A stretch of 64,000 nucleotides of DNA from Candidatus Oxydemutatoraceae bacterium (lineage in GTDB: Bacteria; Pseudomonadota; Gammaproteobacteria; Poriferisulfidales; Oxydemutatoraceae). The notes under the pieces are model-generated. The model worked only from the letters and a program-made list of their open reading frames with translations, ran no database searches and was not told the origin of the DNA. The position numbers and the translations under genes are program-made. Within the stretch, counting starts at the first letter, position 1. Every line of letters begins with the position of its first letter. Shown piece after piece: positions 31,847 through 42,555 of the stretch. The stretch covers positions 1,120,001 through 1,184,000 of the forward strand of contig CBDCOZ010000003.1 in the NCBI GenBank assembly GCA_965220085.1, read 5' to 3'.

Positions 31847-32580
31847 GAACATACCGCAGACTACACCGCGCACTGGGCATCAGCGCGGTGACTTTTTTGA
31901 TACTGTTTGCGATCACGGGCTTGCTGCTCCAACACGCTCCCCGCTTCAATCTGGATACAAGCTATGCGCCTGCCTCTATCGCTGAGTGGCTATACGGCAT
32001 CACCGTTGATATAAATAAGAGCTACCGGGTTGGCGGGCACCGACTCGCCCATGCGGGGCATTTCATTTATTTGGACGGTGTTCCTGTCGCGTCCGCCACG
32101 ATTAATAACCTGCAAGGTGCGGTGGAGAGTGCGACCGGGATATGGATAGTCGGCGACAACAAACTCTGGATAATATCAAAACGCGGAGAGGTGTTGGATG
32201 AGCTCTCGGCGCTGAGCGGATTGCCCGGTCTGGTGACCGGAATCGGACAAGATGCAAGAGGCAATATCATTGTCAGCGGGTTGCGCAATAACTGGCAGGT
32301 CGAAGGAAGCATTGATGGTGATACGAGCGACTGGAAAGTTTATGCCGGACATCAAGTCAGATGGTCTGTGTCCGACAGCACACCTCGGGCGGCGTTGGCA
32401 CATAGAGAGGCGATACGCACACATGCTCGCAACCACTTAATCAGCATTGAACGCGTCTTACTTGATTTGCACAGCGGTCGCCTGTTCGGCGCCGCGGGCG
32501 TGTTGGTTGCCGATGCGGCTGCCTTCTTGTTGCTGTTCATTTCTGTGACAGGCATTCTCCTGTGGCTGCAAAGAAAGTAA
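31843..32580 (+). CDS. PepSY-associated TM helix protein
   Basis: LHRALG...ITGLLLQH and DLHSGRLFG motifs. Confidence 0.8.
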   Translation: MRTYRRLHRALGISAVTFLILFAITGLLLQHAPRFNLDTSYAPASIAEWLYGITVDINKSYRVGGHRLAHAGHFIYLDGVPVASATINNLQGAVESATGIWIVGDNKLWIISKRGEVLDELSALSGLPGLVTGIGQDARGNIIVSGLRNNWQVEGSIDGDTSDWKVYAGHQVRWSVSDSTPRAALAHREAIRTHARNHLISIERVLLDLHSGRLFGAAGVLVADAAAFLLLFISVTGILLWLQRK

Positions 32581-32718
32581 AGTTTGGCGGCGCAAGAAAG
32601 CAAACTCGCACCAACAACACTCCCCTTGCGGGGGAATATGCTTATACCAACTTTCATCTCCGGCACCGACACCAAAGCAAGTTATTCATACCGGCTTATT
32701 AAATGAGATAATAAGCGG

Positions 32719-34056
32719 ATGAAAACCGATGCGGGATTATTTGAAACCGGGCGCACAGGCGAAGAACCACTCGCCGCCCGGATGCGCCCGCAAACGCTCG
32801 AAGACTTTTGTGGGCAGCAACACCTGCTCGCTCCCGACAAACCGCTGTATCGCGTAATCCACAGCGGACGACCGCATTCAATGATCTTTTGGGGGCCGCC
32901 CGGAACCGGCAAAACCACACTCGCCCGTTTGATTGGCAACCGTTGCGATGCTGACTTGATTGCAATCTCAGCGGTATTTGCCGGAGTCAAAGATATCCAC
33001 CGCGCGGTTGAACAGGCGCGCGCCGCCCCGCGCCGTTGCATCCTGTTCGTTGACGAAGTACACCGCTTTAACAAAGCCCAGCAAGATGCCTTCCTGCCCG
33101 AAGTCGAAAGCGGGCTTTTGACCTTCATTGGCGCGACGACCGAGAACCCGTCATTTGAATTGAACAACGCGCTGCTGTCCCGTGTTCGGGTCTATGTACT
33201 GAAGCGGTTGCAACACAAAGACCTGCTGCATTTAATTGCACGTGCTTTGGAGCACGATGCCGAGCTCGCCGCCGCCCGCTTGGATGTGCCCGACGATTGT
33301 CGCGAGTTGATTGCAGATGCGGCGGATGGTGATGCGCGCAAAGCGCTCAACCTGCTTGAGATTTGCGCCGGTCTCGCGCTCAGCGAAGCGGAGCAAGGGC
33401 AGGGTGCGAAGGTTGATATTGACACCGTGCGTTTTGCGGTCGGTGATCGCGTGCGTGGTTTTGATCGTCAGGGCGATATGTTCTACGACCAGATATCGGC
33501 ACTGCACAAATCAATCCGCGGCAGCGACCCCGATGCCGCATTGTACTGGTTTGCACGGATGCTGGACGGCGGCTGTGACCCGCTGTACATCGCACGCCGT
33601 CTCGTCCGGATCGCTTCTGAAGACATTGGCAATGCCGATACCCACGCATGGACTGTCGCACTCAACGCATGGCAGACCTACGAGCGCCTCGGCAGCCCCG
33701 AAGGAGACCTCGCAGTTGCACATGCGGTTGTCTATCTTGCCTGCACATATAAGAGCAATGCGGTTTATAAGGCCTTCAATGCGGTGATGAAGGACGTTAA
33801 AGACAGCGACAGCTTGCCGGTGCCCATGCATCTGCGCAATGCCCCGACCCGCCTGATGAAAGTGCTCGGACACGGAGAAGGTTACCGTTATGCGCACAAC
33901 GAGTCCGAAGCGTTTGCCGCCGGCGAAACTTACTTTCCCGAAGAGCTTGCCGGGCGCACCTATTACGAACCGCTGGCACAAGGGCGCGAGACCGGCATCA
34001 AAGAACGTTTAGAGCACTTCAGAGAACTGAACCGCAAAGCCCGCGCTGTTAAATAG
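32719..34056 (+). CDS. rarA: Replication-associated recombination protein A
   Basis: PLAARMRP, GPPGTGKTT, DEVHRFNKAQQD, SALHKSIRGSD, HLRNAPT. Confidence 0.96.
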   Translation: MKTDAGLFETGRTGEEPLAARMRPQTLEDFCGQQHLLAPDKPLYRVIHSGRPHSMIFWGPPGTGKTTLARLIGNRCDADLIAISAVFAGVKDIHRAVEQARAAPRRCILFVDEVHRFNKAQQDAFLPEVESGLLTFIGATTENPSFELNNALLSRVRVYVLKRLQHKDLLHLIARALEHDAELAAARLDVPDDCRELIADAADGDARKALNLLEICAGLALSEAEQGQGAKVDIDTVRFAVGDRVRGFDRQGDMFYDQISALHKSIRGSDPDAALYWFARMLDGGCDPLYIARRLVRIASEDIGNADTHAWTVALNAWQTYERLGSPEGDLAVAHAVVYLACTYKSNAVYKAFNAVMKDVKDSDSLPVPMHLRNAPTRLMKVLGHGEGYRYAHNESEAFAAGETYFPEELAGRTYYEPLAQGRETGIKERLEHFRELNRKARAVK

Positions 34057-35604
34057 TTATATTTTTACTGATGTTGTGATAGGCATCGTTGTGGCTTGTC
34101 AATTTATCGGTTAATATGAATTTTAAATATATTCATATTGCTGGGGAGGAGACAATTATGAAAATAAATTCTTTTGAGGCCAGGCACAGGGCAAGTCTTA
34201 CTTATCTTTTATTACTTCTTGTTTTCATATCAGCATCCATATCAGGTTGTACCTTTCCGCAAGCATATCACACAGTAACCCCTGACGGTAAGTGCAATGA
34301 CGAAGATGATTGCAGACGCTACTATCGTAAATACGCAGGATATGATTTGGCATTTGCTGAGTACACTGATTTCGGTAATGCTTATGACAATAAGAGAATA
34401 AATCGTATTATTAAAAAAATAGAGGAACACGCATATGGGGAAGGGGTTGTACTGGTTACTTTCATTCATGGGTGGAATCATAATGCAGATGAAGATGATT
34501 CACATTTCAAGGAATTTCATGAACTGTTAAAGAAGGTAAGTTCGAACGGTGAACTTCTAGCTGGGCGCCGGTTAGTCGGGCTGTATATAGGGTGGAGGGG
34601 GCAGTCTCTTTCCCTTTTTCCCTTTAAATATCTCAGTTTTTGGGACCGGGAAAGTGCAGCAAAATCTGTAGGTAAGGGTGTTTCAAAGCTTTTGGTGAAA
34701 CTGGACTCGGAGTTGGACATAGCAAATAAGCGTAGGACAACAAAGAATGCATCTATAACGTTTGCTCATAGTTTTGGTGCTCTTATGGCAGTTGAAGCCA
34801 TGGCTGAGGTATTGACTGAGGAGGTTGAGAGTACTACTTCTGAAATGAATGGTATAGGAGATGCTGTATTTCTATTGAATCCTGCGGTTGAAGCTAATCG
34901 AATACTCCATTTGTTTGAGAGTGTATTGAGCAATAAAAACCTTAAAACACAATATAATCTCCCTCTATTAGTTTCAATTAGCACAGATTCTGATTGGGCA
35001 ACACATTCTACTTTCTGGTTGGGAAAACTTTTTAGTCAGTTTATTTTCTGGAATCCAGAAGAGCTCCCCAGAGGCTATTCCACTAATAATATATCTGAAT
35101 ATGAGTTATCTAGAACGGCATTAGGAAATTTTGAGCCCTTTTTAACACATCGGCTGACACTGTTGCCTAATAATGACAACTCTAATATCAGAATAGAATT
35201 CCGTAAACCTTGCTGTAATTGTGAGGAACGCAAAGATTCTCAGGTGCATTCATATTGGGAAGACCCCCGTCGAGGTTCGTATTGGGAGTGTAGGGATACA
35301 TACCCTTTGTATTTTATAAAGACGGACGAAAATATCATGACTGGTCATAATGATATCTTTAATGATTCCTTTGTTACGTTCCTTCTGGCTATTCTTAATG
35401 ATGCTCTATATATACGTAATTCTCAGCGCTGGTCGTCCTTTGGTCAAAAGAGCTCAGATAGTAGAACGAGCAAGGGCTGTTCGCTAGAAGAGGTATCATT
35501 ACTAGCTTCATTAAGACTGGCTAAGGGTGAGGAGCAGTTTCAAAAATGTTTTGATGAGCGAATAAAAATGACTAAGGAAGAACTGAACCGCAAAGCCCGC
35601 GCTG
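34023..35604 (+). repeat. 26-bp direct repeat flanking the inserted gene
   Basis: AGAACTGAACCGCAAAGCCCGCGCTG at 34023-34048 and 35579-35604. Confidence 0.9.
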
Positions 35605-35612
35605 ACGATTAA
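34158..35612 (+). CDS. AT-rich alpha/beta-hydrolase-like putative lipoprotein
   Basis: Lipobox ISGC, FIHGWNHNA, AHSFGA nucleophile-elbow-like motif; GGAGG RBS. Confidence 0.65.
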   Translation: MKINSFEARHRASLTYLLLLLVFISASISGCTFPQAYHTVTPDGKCNDEDDCRRYYRKYAGYDLAFAEYTDFGNAYDNKRINRIIKKIEEHAYGEGVVLVTFIHGWNHNADEDDSHFKEFHELLKKVSSNGELLAGRRLVGLYIGWRGQSLSLFPFKYLSFWDRESAAKSVGKGVSKLLVKLDSELDIANKRRTTKNASITFAHSFGALMAVEAMAEVLTEEVESTTSEMNGIGDAVFLLNPAVEANRILHLFESVLSNKNLKTQYNLPLLVSISTDSDWATHSTFWLGKLFSQFIFWNPEELPRGYSTNNISEYELSRTALGNFEPFLTHRLTLLPNNDNSNIRIEFRKPCCNCEERKDSQVHSYWEDPRRGSYWECRDTYPLYFIKTDENIMTGHNDIFNDSFVTFLLAILNDALYIRNSQRWSSFGQKSSDSRTSKGCSLEEVSLLASLRLAKGEEQFQKCFDERIKMTKEELNRKARADD

Positions 35613-35627
35613 AAAGCAGTACCCGAT

Positions 35628-35659
35628 AAAAAAGGGGCTCACCATTTGATGAGCCCCTT
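35628..35659 (-). terminator. Intrinsic terminator
   Basis: A-run followed by AAGGGGCTCA...TGAGCCCCTT stem. Confidence 0.75.
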
Positions 35660-35684
35660 CGTTGCATACATTTAAGTATGTTGT

Positions 35685-36575
35685 TTAGAACGCATACTCC
35701 AGATTGATACCAACCCACGACTTATCGTCCAGATTCGCAGCTTCCTCTTCGGCTTCTTCGGCCTCATCAAGGTCACCTGCGGCTCTGGCTTCATCGGCTT
35801 CTGCAAGCTCATCGCGGCGTTGCCGACGGATGTCCTCACCGGCAAATACATGTCCGGCGTGAACGGTAACATACAGAGATCTGGTTACGGGCATAAACAT
35901 TTCCATACCGACTTGGTAGTGGTTAACCCCGTCGTACTCTTCGGTCACGAAGTCGTTGTCAAGCGCAACCAACGCGTAAGGGGTTATCGTAATATCATCG
36001 GCATGTATCTCACGGCTGAGTGCAAACACAGAGGCATAGCCGTTTTCCTCAAGGTCGTAAGTCACCTCAAGAGCGGCGGTCATATCCATCGGCAGGCACT
36101 CCTCACAAGCGAGTTCAACCTCAAGCTCGTGACCGTCATGGCCGTCTTCCTCGGCAGCTTTGCCGCCAAAGGTAAGGTAGGTATAAGCGACTTCAAGCTC
36201 AATCTCGCCTTCGGAATCTTCGCCCCATTCAATGTCCCACTCAATCTCTTTTCCAATAGAGAAGTTTGTTTCGTTGGCATTTGCCCCGTCACTTTGTCCG
36301 CTCCAGACACCGGCAAAAAAGCCGTTGTACTCGGCAACGAATTCGGTGGTGAACAGACCTTCACCGGCAAAAGCTTCTTCCTCTCTGCCTTCTTCGTCAT
36401 CAACATATTTTGATTGCCAACTGGCACTGGCACTGAAAGCAACATCGGATAAATGTCCGCTGCCACCATGGTCATCAGCAAAAGCTGTTTGCGTAAGTGT
36501 TAGTACCGCAAAACATGCGACTGAATACAACCATAAGCATGGCTTATCTTTTTCGTAGTCATTATATTTCTCCAT
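35685..36575 (-). CDS. Acidic outer-membrane beta-barrel protein (TorF-like putative porin)
   Basis: Signal peptide, alternating beta-strand pattern, C-terminal GINLEYAF. Confidence 0.65.
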   Translation of the reverse strand: MEKYNDYEKDKPCLWLYSVACFAVLTLTQTAFADDHGGSGHLSDVAFSASASWQSKYVDDEEGREEEAFAGEGLFTTEFVAEYNGFFAGVWSGQSDGANANETNFSIGKEIEWDIEWGEDSEGEIELEVAYTYLTFGGKAAEEDGHDGHELEVELACEECLPMDMTAALEVTYDLEENGYASVFALSREIHADDITITPYALVALDNDFVTEEYDGVNHYQVGMEMFMPVTRSLYVTVHAGHVFAGEDIRRQRRDELAEADEARAAGDLDEAEEAEEEAANLDDKSWVGINLEYAF

Positions 36576-36843
36576 TGATATATATGGGTTTAAGTAGTTC
36601 GTTCTCTTCGTTTCCTCTAGAGAAAGGCGGACATTTTATATAGAATCTATACAATGTCAATTTTTTGACTCAAAGAAAAGTCATGTACCCGCAGGCAGTA
36701 ACCCATGAAATAAGCACTCCCACAGCGCGGGGACTCATATATACCGCTATTATCCAAGCCCACATATTATCCAAGCCCACACCCGGCTTGCTCCCCGATA
36801 GCAGGAGAGCCGACTTCAGGCTAATCTCGGGTAGTTAAACTTG

Positions 36844-36872
36844 TTGCTCTTTTCTACCGCTTAGGATACAAT
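36844..36872 (+). promoter_or_regulatory. Sigma70-like promoter upstream of the 23S rRNA
   Basis: TTGCTC-17 bp-TACAAT. Confidence 0.6.
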
Positions 36873-37516
36873 TCGCTATCCAACTTTTTGAGATGGGGGC
36901 TGTGGTCTTCTGGCCGCAGTCGTTTTTTTACAACTGAATAATAGCCAAGGAATCGGAAAGTGTGATGCTTTCCGGTTTTATCAATTCACAAAAAATAAAG
37001 TCAAATTATTGTTTACGCAAAATAATCTTAAACATCTTTGAGATTGCTTAAGGTTATATGGTCAAGCAATTAAGTGCATATGGTGGATGCCTTGGCAGCA
37101 GAAGGCGATGAAGGACGTGGTAGTCTGCGATATGCTTCGGGGAGCTGACAAACGAGCTTTGATCCGGAGATTTCCGAATGGGGAAACCCGCCCGCTCCGG
37201 CGGGCATTTGCACCTGAATACATAGGGTGTAAAAGCAAACCTGGAGAACTGAAACATCTAAGTATCCAGAGGAAAAGAAATCAATTGAGATTCCCTTAGT
37301 AGCGGCGAGCGAACGGGGAACAGCCTTGCGCTCTTTAGCATTTTGTCTAGTAAAACGGTTTGGAAAGACCGGCCATAGTGGGTGATAGCCCCGTATATGA
37401 AAGACAGCTTGTGGAACTAAGTGCGCGACAAGTAGGGCGGGACACGTGAAATCCTGTTTGAACATGGGGGGACCATCCTCTAAGGCTAAATACTAACTGC
37501 TGACCGATAGTGAACC

Positions 37517-37547
<31 letters not shown>

Positions 37548-38230
37548 GGAAGGGGAGTGAAATAGTACCTGAAACCGTATGCATACAAGCAGTGGGAGCC
37601 GACTTCGGTTGGTGACCGCGTACCTTTTGTATAATGGGTCAGTGACTTGTTTTCAGTGGCAAGCTTAACTCCGAATATGAGGGAGGCGTAGGGAAACCGA
37701 GTCTTAAATGGGCGTCTAGTCGCTGGGAGCAGACCCGAAACCGGGCGATCTAGCCATGGCCAGGGTGAAGGTAAGGTAACACTTACTGGAGGCCCGAACC
37801 CACCTATGTTGAAAAATGGGGGGATGAGCTGTGGCTAGGAGTGAAAGGCTAAACAAGCCCGGAGATAGCTGGTTCTCCCCGAAATCTATTTAGGTAGAGC
37901 CTTGTGTTATTCACTTCAGGGGGTAGAGCACTGTTATGGCTAGGGGGTCGTCAAGACTTACCAAACCATGGCAAACTCCGAATACCTGAAAGTGCTATCA
38001 CAGGAGACACACGGCGGGTGCTAAGGTCCGTCGTGGAAAGGGAAACAGCCCAGACCGTCAGCTAAGGTCCTTAAATTATGGCTCAGTGGGAAACGATGTG
38101 GGAAGGCATAGACAGCTAGGAGGTTGGCTTAGAAGCAGCCATCCTTTAAAGAAAGCGTAATAGCTCACTAGTCGAGTCGGCCCGCGCGGAAAATGTAACG
38201 GGGCTCAAGCCATATACCGAAGCTACGGCT

Positions 38231-38469
38231 ACAGAAGGCAGACTTAATTTCATTACACTTATTTAATAGGAGGTAATACTATGGCAAAACATCCAAAGAG
38301 TGCGCCAAAAAATGCACCATCTAAAAACCCTGGTAAACCATCAGGGGGAGGACGGGGTAACAATCCCCCGCGCCAAAATCCTAATAAAAAGTAACATATG
38401 TGCTGCCAGAAGTGGTTTTCTAATTACTTCTGGTTAGCCATGCAATGTGAAATTAAGTCTGTCTTCTGT
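38231..38469 (+). other. Intervening sequence in 23S helix 45
   Basis: AT-rich insert between CCGAAGCTACGGCT and GGGGTAGGGGAGCG; 22-bp terminal stem 38231-38252 / 38448-38469. Confidence 0.9.
38281..38394 (+). CDS. 37-aa basic Pro/Gly/Asn-rich peptide encoded in the IVS
   Basis: AGGAGGT 6 nt before ATG; MAKHPKSAPKNAPSKNPGKPSGGGRGNNPPRQNPNKK. Confidence 0.65.
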   Translation: MAKHPKSAPKNAPSKNPGKPSGGGRGNNPPRQNPNKK

Positions 38470-39096
38470 GGGGTAGGGGAGCGTTCTGTACGTCGCTGAA
38501 GGTGTGCTGTAAGGCATGCTGGAGACATCAGAAGTGAGAATGCTGACATGAGTAACGATAATGCGGGTGCGAAACCCGCACGCCGAAAACCCAAGGTTTC
38601 CTGTGCAACGTTAATCGGCGCAGGGTGAGTCGGTCCCTAAGGCGAGGTCGAAAGGCGTAGTCGATGGGAAACAGGTTAATATTCCTGTACTTCGCATTAT
38701 TGCGATGGGGAGACGGAGAAGGCTAGGTCATCCGGGCGATGGTTGTCCCGGTGCAAGTAAGTAGGGAGTGCTCTTTGGAAAATCCGGGAGCGCAATTCCG
38801 AGATACGATGCGGAGTTCCTTTTGGAGCGAAGTGACCGGTGCCATGCTTCCAGGAAAATCCTCTAAGCTTCAGATAATGCGGAACCGTACCGCAAACCGA
38901 CACAGGTGGGTAGGGAGAGAATCCTAAGGCGCTTGAGATAACTCGGGTGAAGGAACTAGGCAAAATAGCACCGTAACTTCGGGAGAAGGTGTGCCAATTC
39001 GGGTGAATGGACTTGCTCCAGGAGCTTGGGTTGGTTGCAATAACCAGGTGGCTGCGACTGTTTACTAAAAACACAGCACTCTGCTAACTCGCAAGA

Positions 39097-39135
<39 letters not shown>

Positions 39136-39178
39136 TAAATGATGGGGTTAGCTTCGGCGAAGCTCCGGATTGAAGCCT

Positions 39179-39262
<84 letters not shown>

Positions 39263-39524
39263 CGATGGCCATACTGTCTCCACCCGAGACTCAGTGAAAT
39301 TGAAATCGCTGTTAAGATGCAGCGTCCCCACGGCTAGACGGAAAGACCCCGTGAACCTTTACTACAGCTTTACACTGAACTTTGGACATATCTGTGTAGG
39401 ATAGGTGGGAGGCTTTGAAGCCGAGACGTCAGTTTCGGCGGAGCCAACCTTGAAATACCACCCTGATATGCTCGGAGTTCTAACCCAGACCCGTTATCCG
39501 GGCCGGGAACAATGTATGGTGGGT

Positions 39525-39566
<42 letters not shown>

Positions 39567-39690
39567 TACAAAGGTGTCCTGAGCACGGACGGAAATCGTG
39601 CGGTCAGTATAAAGGCATAAGGACGCTTGACTGCGAGACAGACACGTCGAGCAGGTGCGAAAGCAGGTCTTAGTGATCCGGTGGTTCTGC

Positions 39691-39744
<54 letters not shown>

Positions 39745-39773
39745 ACTGCCCAAGAGTTCATATCGACGGCAGT

Positions 39774-39851
<78 letters not shown>

Positions 39852-40217
39852 TGGTACGCGAGCTGGGTTTAGAACGTCGTGAGACAGTTCGGTCCCTATC
39901 TACCGTGGGCGTTTGAGACTTGAAGGAAGCTGCTCCTAGTACGAGAGGACCGGAGTGGACGTACCTCTGGTGTTCCGGTTGTCACGCCAGTGGCATTGCC
40001 GGGTAGCTATGTATGGACAGGATAACTGCTGAAAGCATCTAAGCGGGAAGCCTGACCTGAGATGAGGTCTCACCGGGGCTTCGGCCCCCTGAAGAACCCT
40101 TGAAGAAGACGAGGTTGATAGGCTGGGTGTGGAAGCGCAGTAATGCGTGTAGCTAACCAGTACTAATTGTTCGTGAGGCTTGACCTATAACACTTAAGCA
40201 AGTTTTGGAAGCAAGTT

Positions 40218-40352
40218 TATGGCACGCAAACAACACTCAGTTGTTTGCGGATTGTTTATGGTGCGCAAACACTCATATGCACACAAACAGTACTCAACTG
40301 TTTGTGGGTTATTAATTGTTTGCGGACTGTTAATGGTTTGCTGATTGTTTAA
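40218..40352. repeat. REP-like hairpin/tandem repeat element
   Basis: CAAACAAC-ACTCA-GTTGTTTG hairpin plus ~18-bp TTGTTTG repeats. Confidence 0.7.
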
Positions 40353-40406
40353 GGTGAGTCAAGTAACATGATTTGACTTCGTGAACTGGCTATACAGTTG
40401 TGTTTG

Positions 40407-40440
40407 AAGCCGTTGTGCAATTTTGCACAACGGCTTTTTT
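40407..40440 (+). terminator. Intrinsic terminator after the 23S rRNA
   Basis: AAGCCGTTGTGCAA-TT-TTGCACAACGGCTT plus T-run. Confidence 0.85.
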
Positions 40441-40503
40441 ATTATTAAGCTTCATCATTGCGCATAGTTCCGCCTTCCCAAACGCCTTCCGACTATCCCT
40501 GCG

Positions 40504-40617
40504 TATGCACACAAACAACACTCAGTTGTTTGCGGACTGTTAATTGTTTGTGGGTTATTAATTGTTTGCAAATTATTAGTTGTTTGCGGGACGTTAATAG
40601 TCTGTAGGTTGTTTATC
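40504..40617. mobile_element. 114-bp non-autonomous repeat element insertion
   Basis: Sits between CCCTGCG and AAGGCG; the paralogous site at 43039-43051 is empty. Confidence 0.65.
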
Positions 40618-40779
40618 AAGGCGTGCATCCGAGCGCCACGAATGCCCCCGCAAACCCGAAAAGCATGTGGAATATAGCGGTGTTTATAGCGGTTGCAAAT
40701 AAGAGTTGCCCCTTGTGGTGTAAACTTCCATGAGTCAGGACTTTGCATCTGCTTGGTTCAAAAGCAAATTAAGGAGGGA

Positions 40780-40932
40780 ATGATGACAAGAAAAATTCAT
40801 GCCACGCCGATTAAAAAATTATCTTTGGGGCCGGATTGCGCGATGATGCTTCCGCTTACATCCGCTTTTGCGGCGCCTAAGATGACACGCAAGACCGAAG
40901 CTGTCGGAAGAAACCAAACGAAGGAGGAATGA
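40780..40932 (+). pseudogene. Duplicated 5' fragment of the PQQ sugar dehydrogenase gene
   Basis: MMTRKIHATPIKKLSLG...TSAFA matches the N-terminus at 43208. Confidence 0.75.
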
Positions 40933-42551
40933 AAATGATTTATCACACAAACCGATGGTTGTTATTCGGGTGCTTGGTAATTTCCTGTGCGCCGGCTTTT
41001 GCCGAGGTTTCGGGGCAAATGGAATCTCAGGCTATGGAGTACCAAGCCGAAGAGATCAAAATTGCGGGCGCCGCAGCTCACGGCAACCCCTTGCGGTTGC
41101 CACGATTCAGCGAACAGGAAGAGCAAGAAATCCTCAAGTTAATCGAAGACAAAACGAGATTCTTTATCAGCATCCCCAGAGAGGCGAATGTCGGCGCCAA
41201 TCACTGGGAGAATGTCGGGCGAGAGGATGGCTTTGACATTTGGCAGTTACATATCTATTCGCCTGATGCCTTCAGCTTGCAAGTTGATTTTTCCGAATTT
41301 GCCTTGCAAGAATCCATGATGGTTAAGGTGTATGGAACAAGCGACAGCCAGATGCCTTATATCGGGGAATATACGAGCGCACGGGGGTACGAGGGCAATT
41401 TCACCTCCATATCCGTTCCCGGCGATACGGTGGTCGTAGAAGCATGGATGCCGGCTGGCAGCGGCGTAGTGGCGGATTTCCCCTTTAAGGTCAGGCGTAT
41501 TTATCATCAATTCAGGGACAGCGCAAACAATGTCAGGGGAGTGGAAAGTTTTTCGCTTAGCAATGAGCAAAGTCATTCTACATGCCCCCTTATAGACGGC
41601 AGATGTAATTATCAAGGTCAGCGATTCCAACCGTGGCGAGCCACTGTGCAAATGCGGGCTGGCGGTTATTCTTGTAGCGGAGCTTTAATTAATAGTCGGG
41701 GCTCTTTCCCTGCGGGCAGCGCTCTTGTTTTAACCGCTTACCATTGTATTGACAATCTGGCGGGCCCGGAAGCGGCAAGAGGCACACGCATAAATGCCAC
41801 GTTTGATATCGGCTCCTCACCTTGTGCGCCTGGTGATACATCTATTGCTGTTGCAAGTGGCGCCAGGTTTGTTGCCGCAAATGCGCAGGGTGATTACGCG
41901 CTATTGCTGGTTGAGAACATTGTAGCTACAGACCGAATAGTGTTTATGGGTTGGTCCGCCACAAGACAGCCTGTGAGATCAGTTCTTGACATATTTCACC
42001 ATGGGGAATCAATATCTACACAACAGTATGCACGGAGTGAAGTAACGGGTTTCTTAAGATCGGAGGGAAGGACGACCTCTGCCGGAACGCTTTTTTCCGA
42101 TTGCGGAAATTCTCCCGGCTGTTCACACTATGATCTCCACTCGGTAGAGGGGGGCATAAGAGAAGGATCATCCGGCGGGGGATACTTTATAAATGACAAT
42201 GGAACATTTCGCCTCAACGCTGTCGCTACGCATGGTAATAGGGCTACTTGCACACAAAGCGCTTCTTTGTTTCAGAAAATTTACGAAGATGGCAGGGTTC
42301 GGTGCGCCCTTGGCGGGGGAGGGTACGGTTATATTAGTCAAGGTCAATGCGATGATAGCAGACGCCCATCATATGCTGTTGACGAAGTTGTTGCCAGCGG
42401 CGGCGGCGGCGGAGGCGGTGCTATCTCGCTGACGGAGTTACTCGCCCTGTTTGGTCTTGTGGCGATTGTGGCGATGCGCCGTCGTGAAAGTCTTTTGCGG
42501 AAGCAACCGACTATTTGCGCAAAGAAAGTAACCCAATGCAATAGGAGATGA
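40929..42551 (+). CDS. Secreted trypsin-like (lysyl endopeptidase-like) serine protease with GlyGly-CTERM anchor
   Basis: CSGALIN, LTAYHC, DYALL, GSSGG; C-terminal poly-G, TM helix, RRR. Confidence 0.85.
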   Translation: MKMIYHTNRWLLFGCLVISCAPAFAEVSGQMESQAMEYQAEEIKIAGAAAHGNPLRLPRFSEQEEQEILKLIEDKTRFFISIPREANVGANHWENVGREDGFDIWQLHIYSPDAFSLQVDFSEFALQESMMVKVYGTSDSQMPYIGEYTSARGYEGNFTSISVPGDTVVVEAWMPAGSGVVADFPFKVRRIYHQFRDSANNVRGVESFSLSNEQSHSTCPLIDGRCNYQGQRFQPWRATVQMRAGGYSCSGALINSRGSFPAGSALVLTAYHCIDNLAGPEAARGTRINATFDIGSSPCAPGDTSIAVASGARFVAANAQGDYALLLVENIVATDRIVFMGWSATRQPVRSVLDIFHHGESISTQQYARSEVTGFLRSEGRTTSAGTLFSDCGNSPGCSHYDLHSVEGGIREGSSGGGYFINDNGTFRLNAVATHGNRATCTQSASLFQKIYEDGRVRCALGGGGYGYISQGQCDDSRRPSYAVDEVVASGGGGGGGAISLTELLALFGLVAIVAMRRRESLLRKQPTICAKKVTQCNRR

Positions 42552-42555
42552 AGAG

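Noticed and set aside
36748-36781. 17-bp tandem duplication upstream of the rRNA promoter (similar 14-bp repeat near 29597)
   Set aside because: Two-copy short duplications with no supporting context
40190-40400. 5S rRNA downstream of 23S
   Set aside because: Sequence is low-complexity TTGTTTG repeats; no 5S conserved motifs seen
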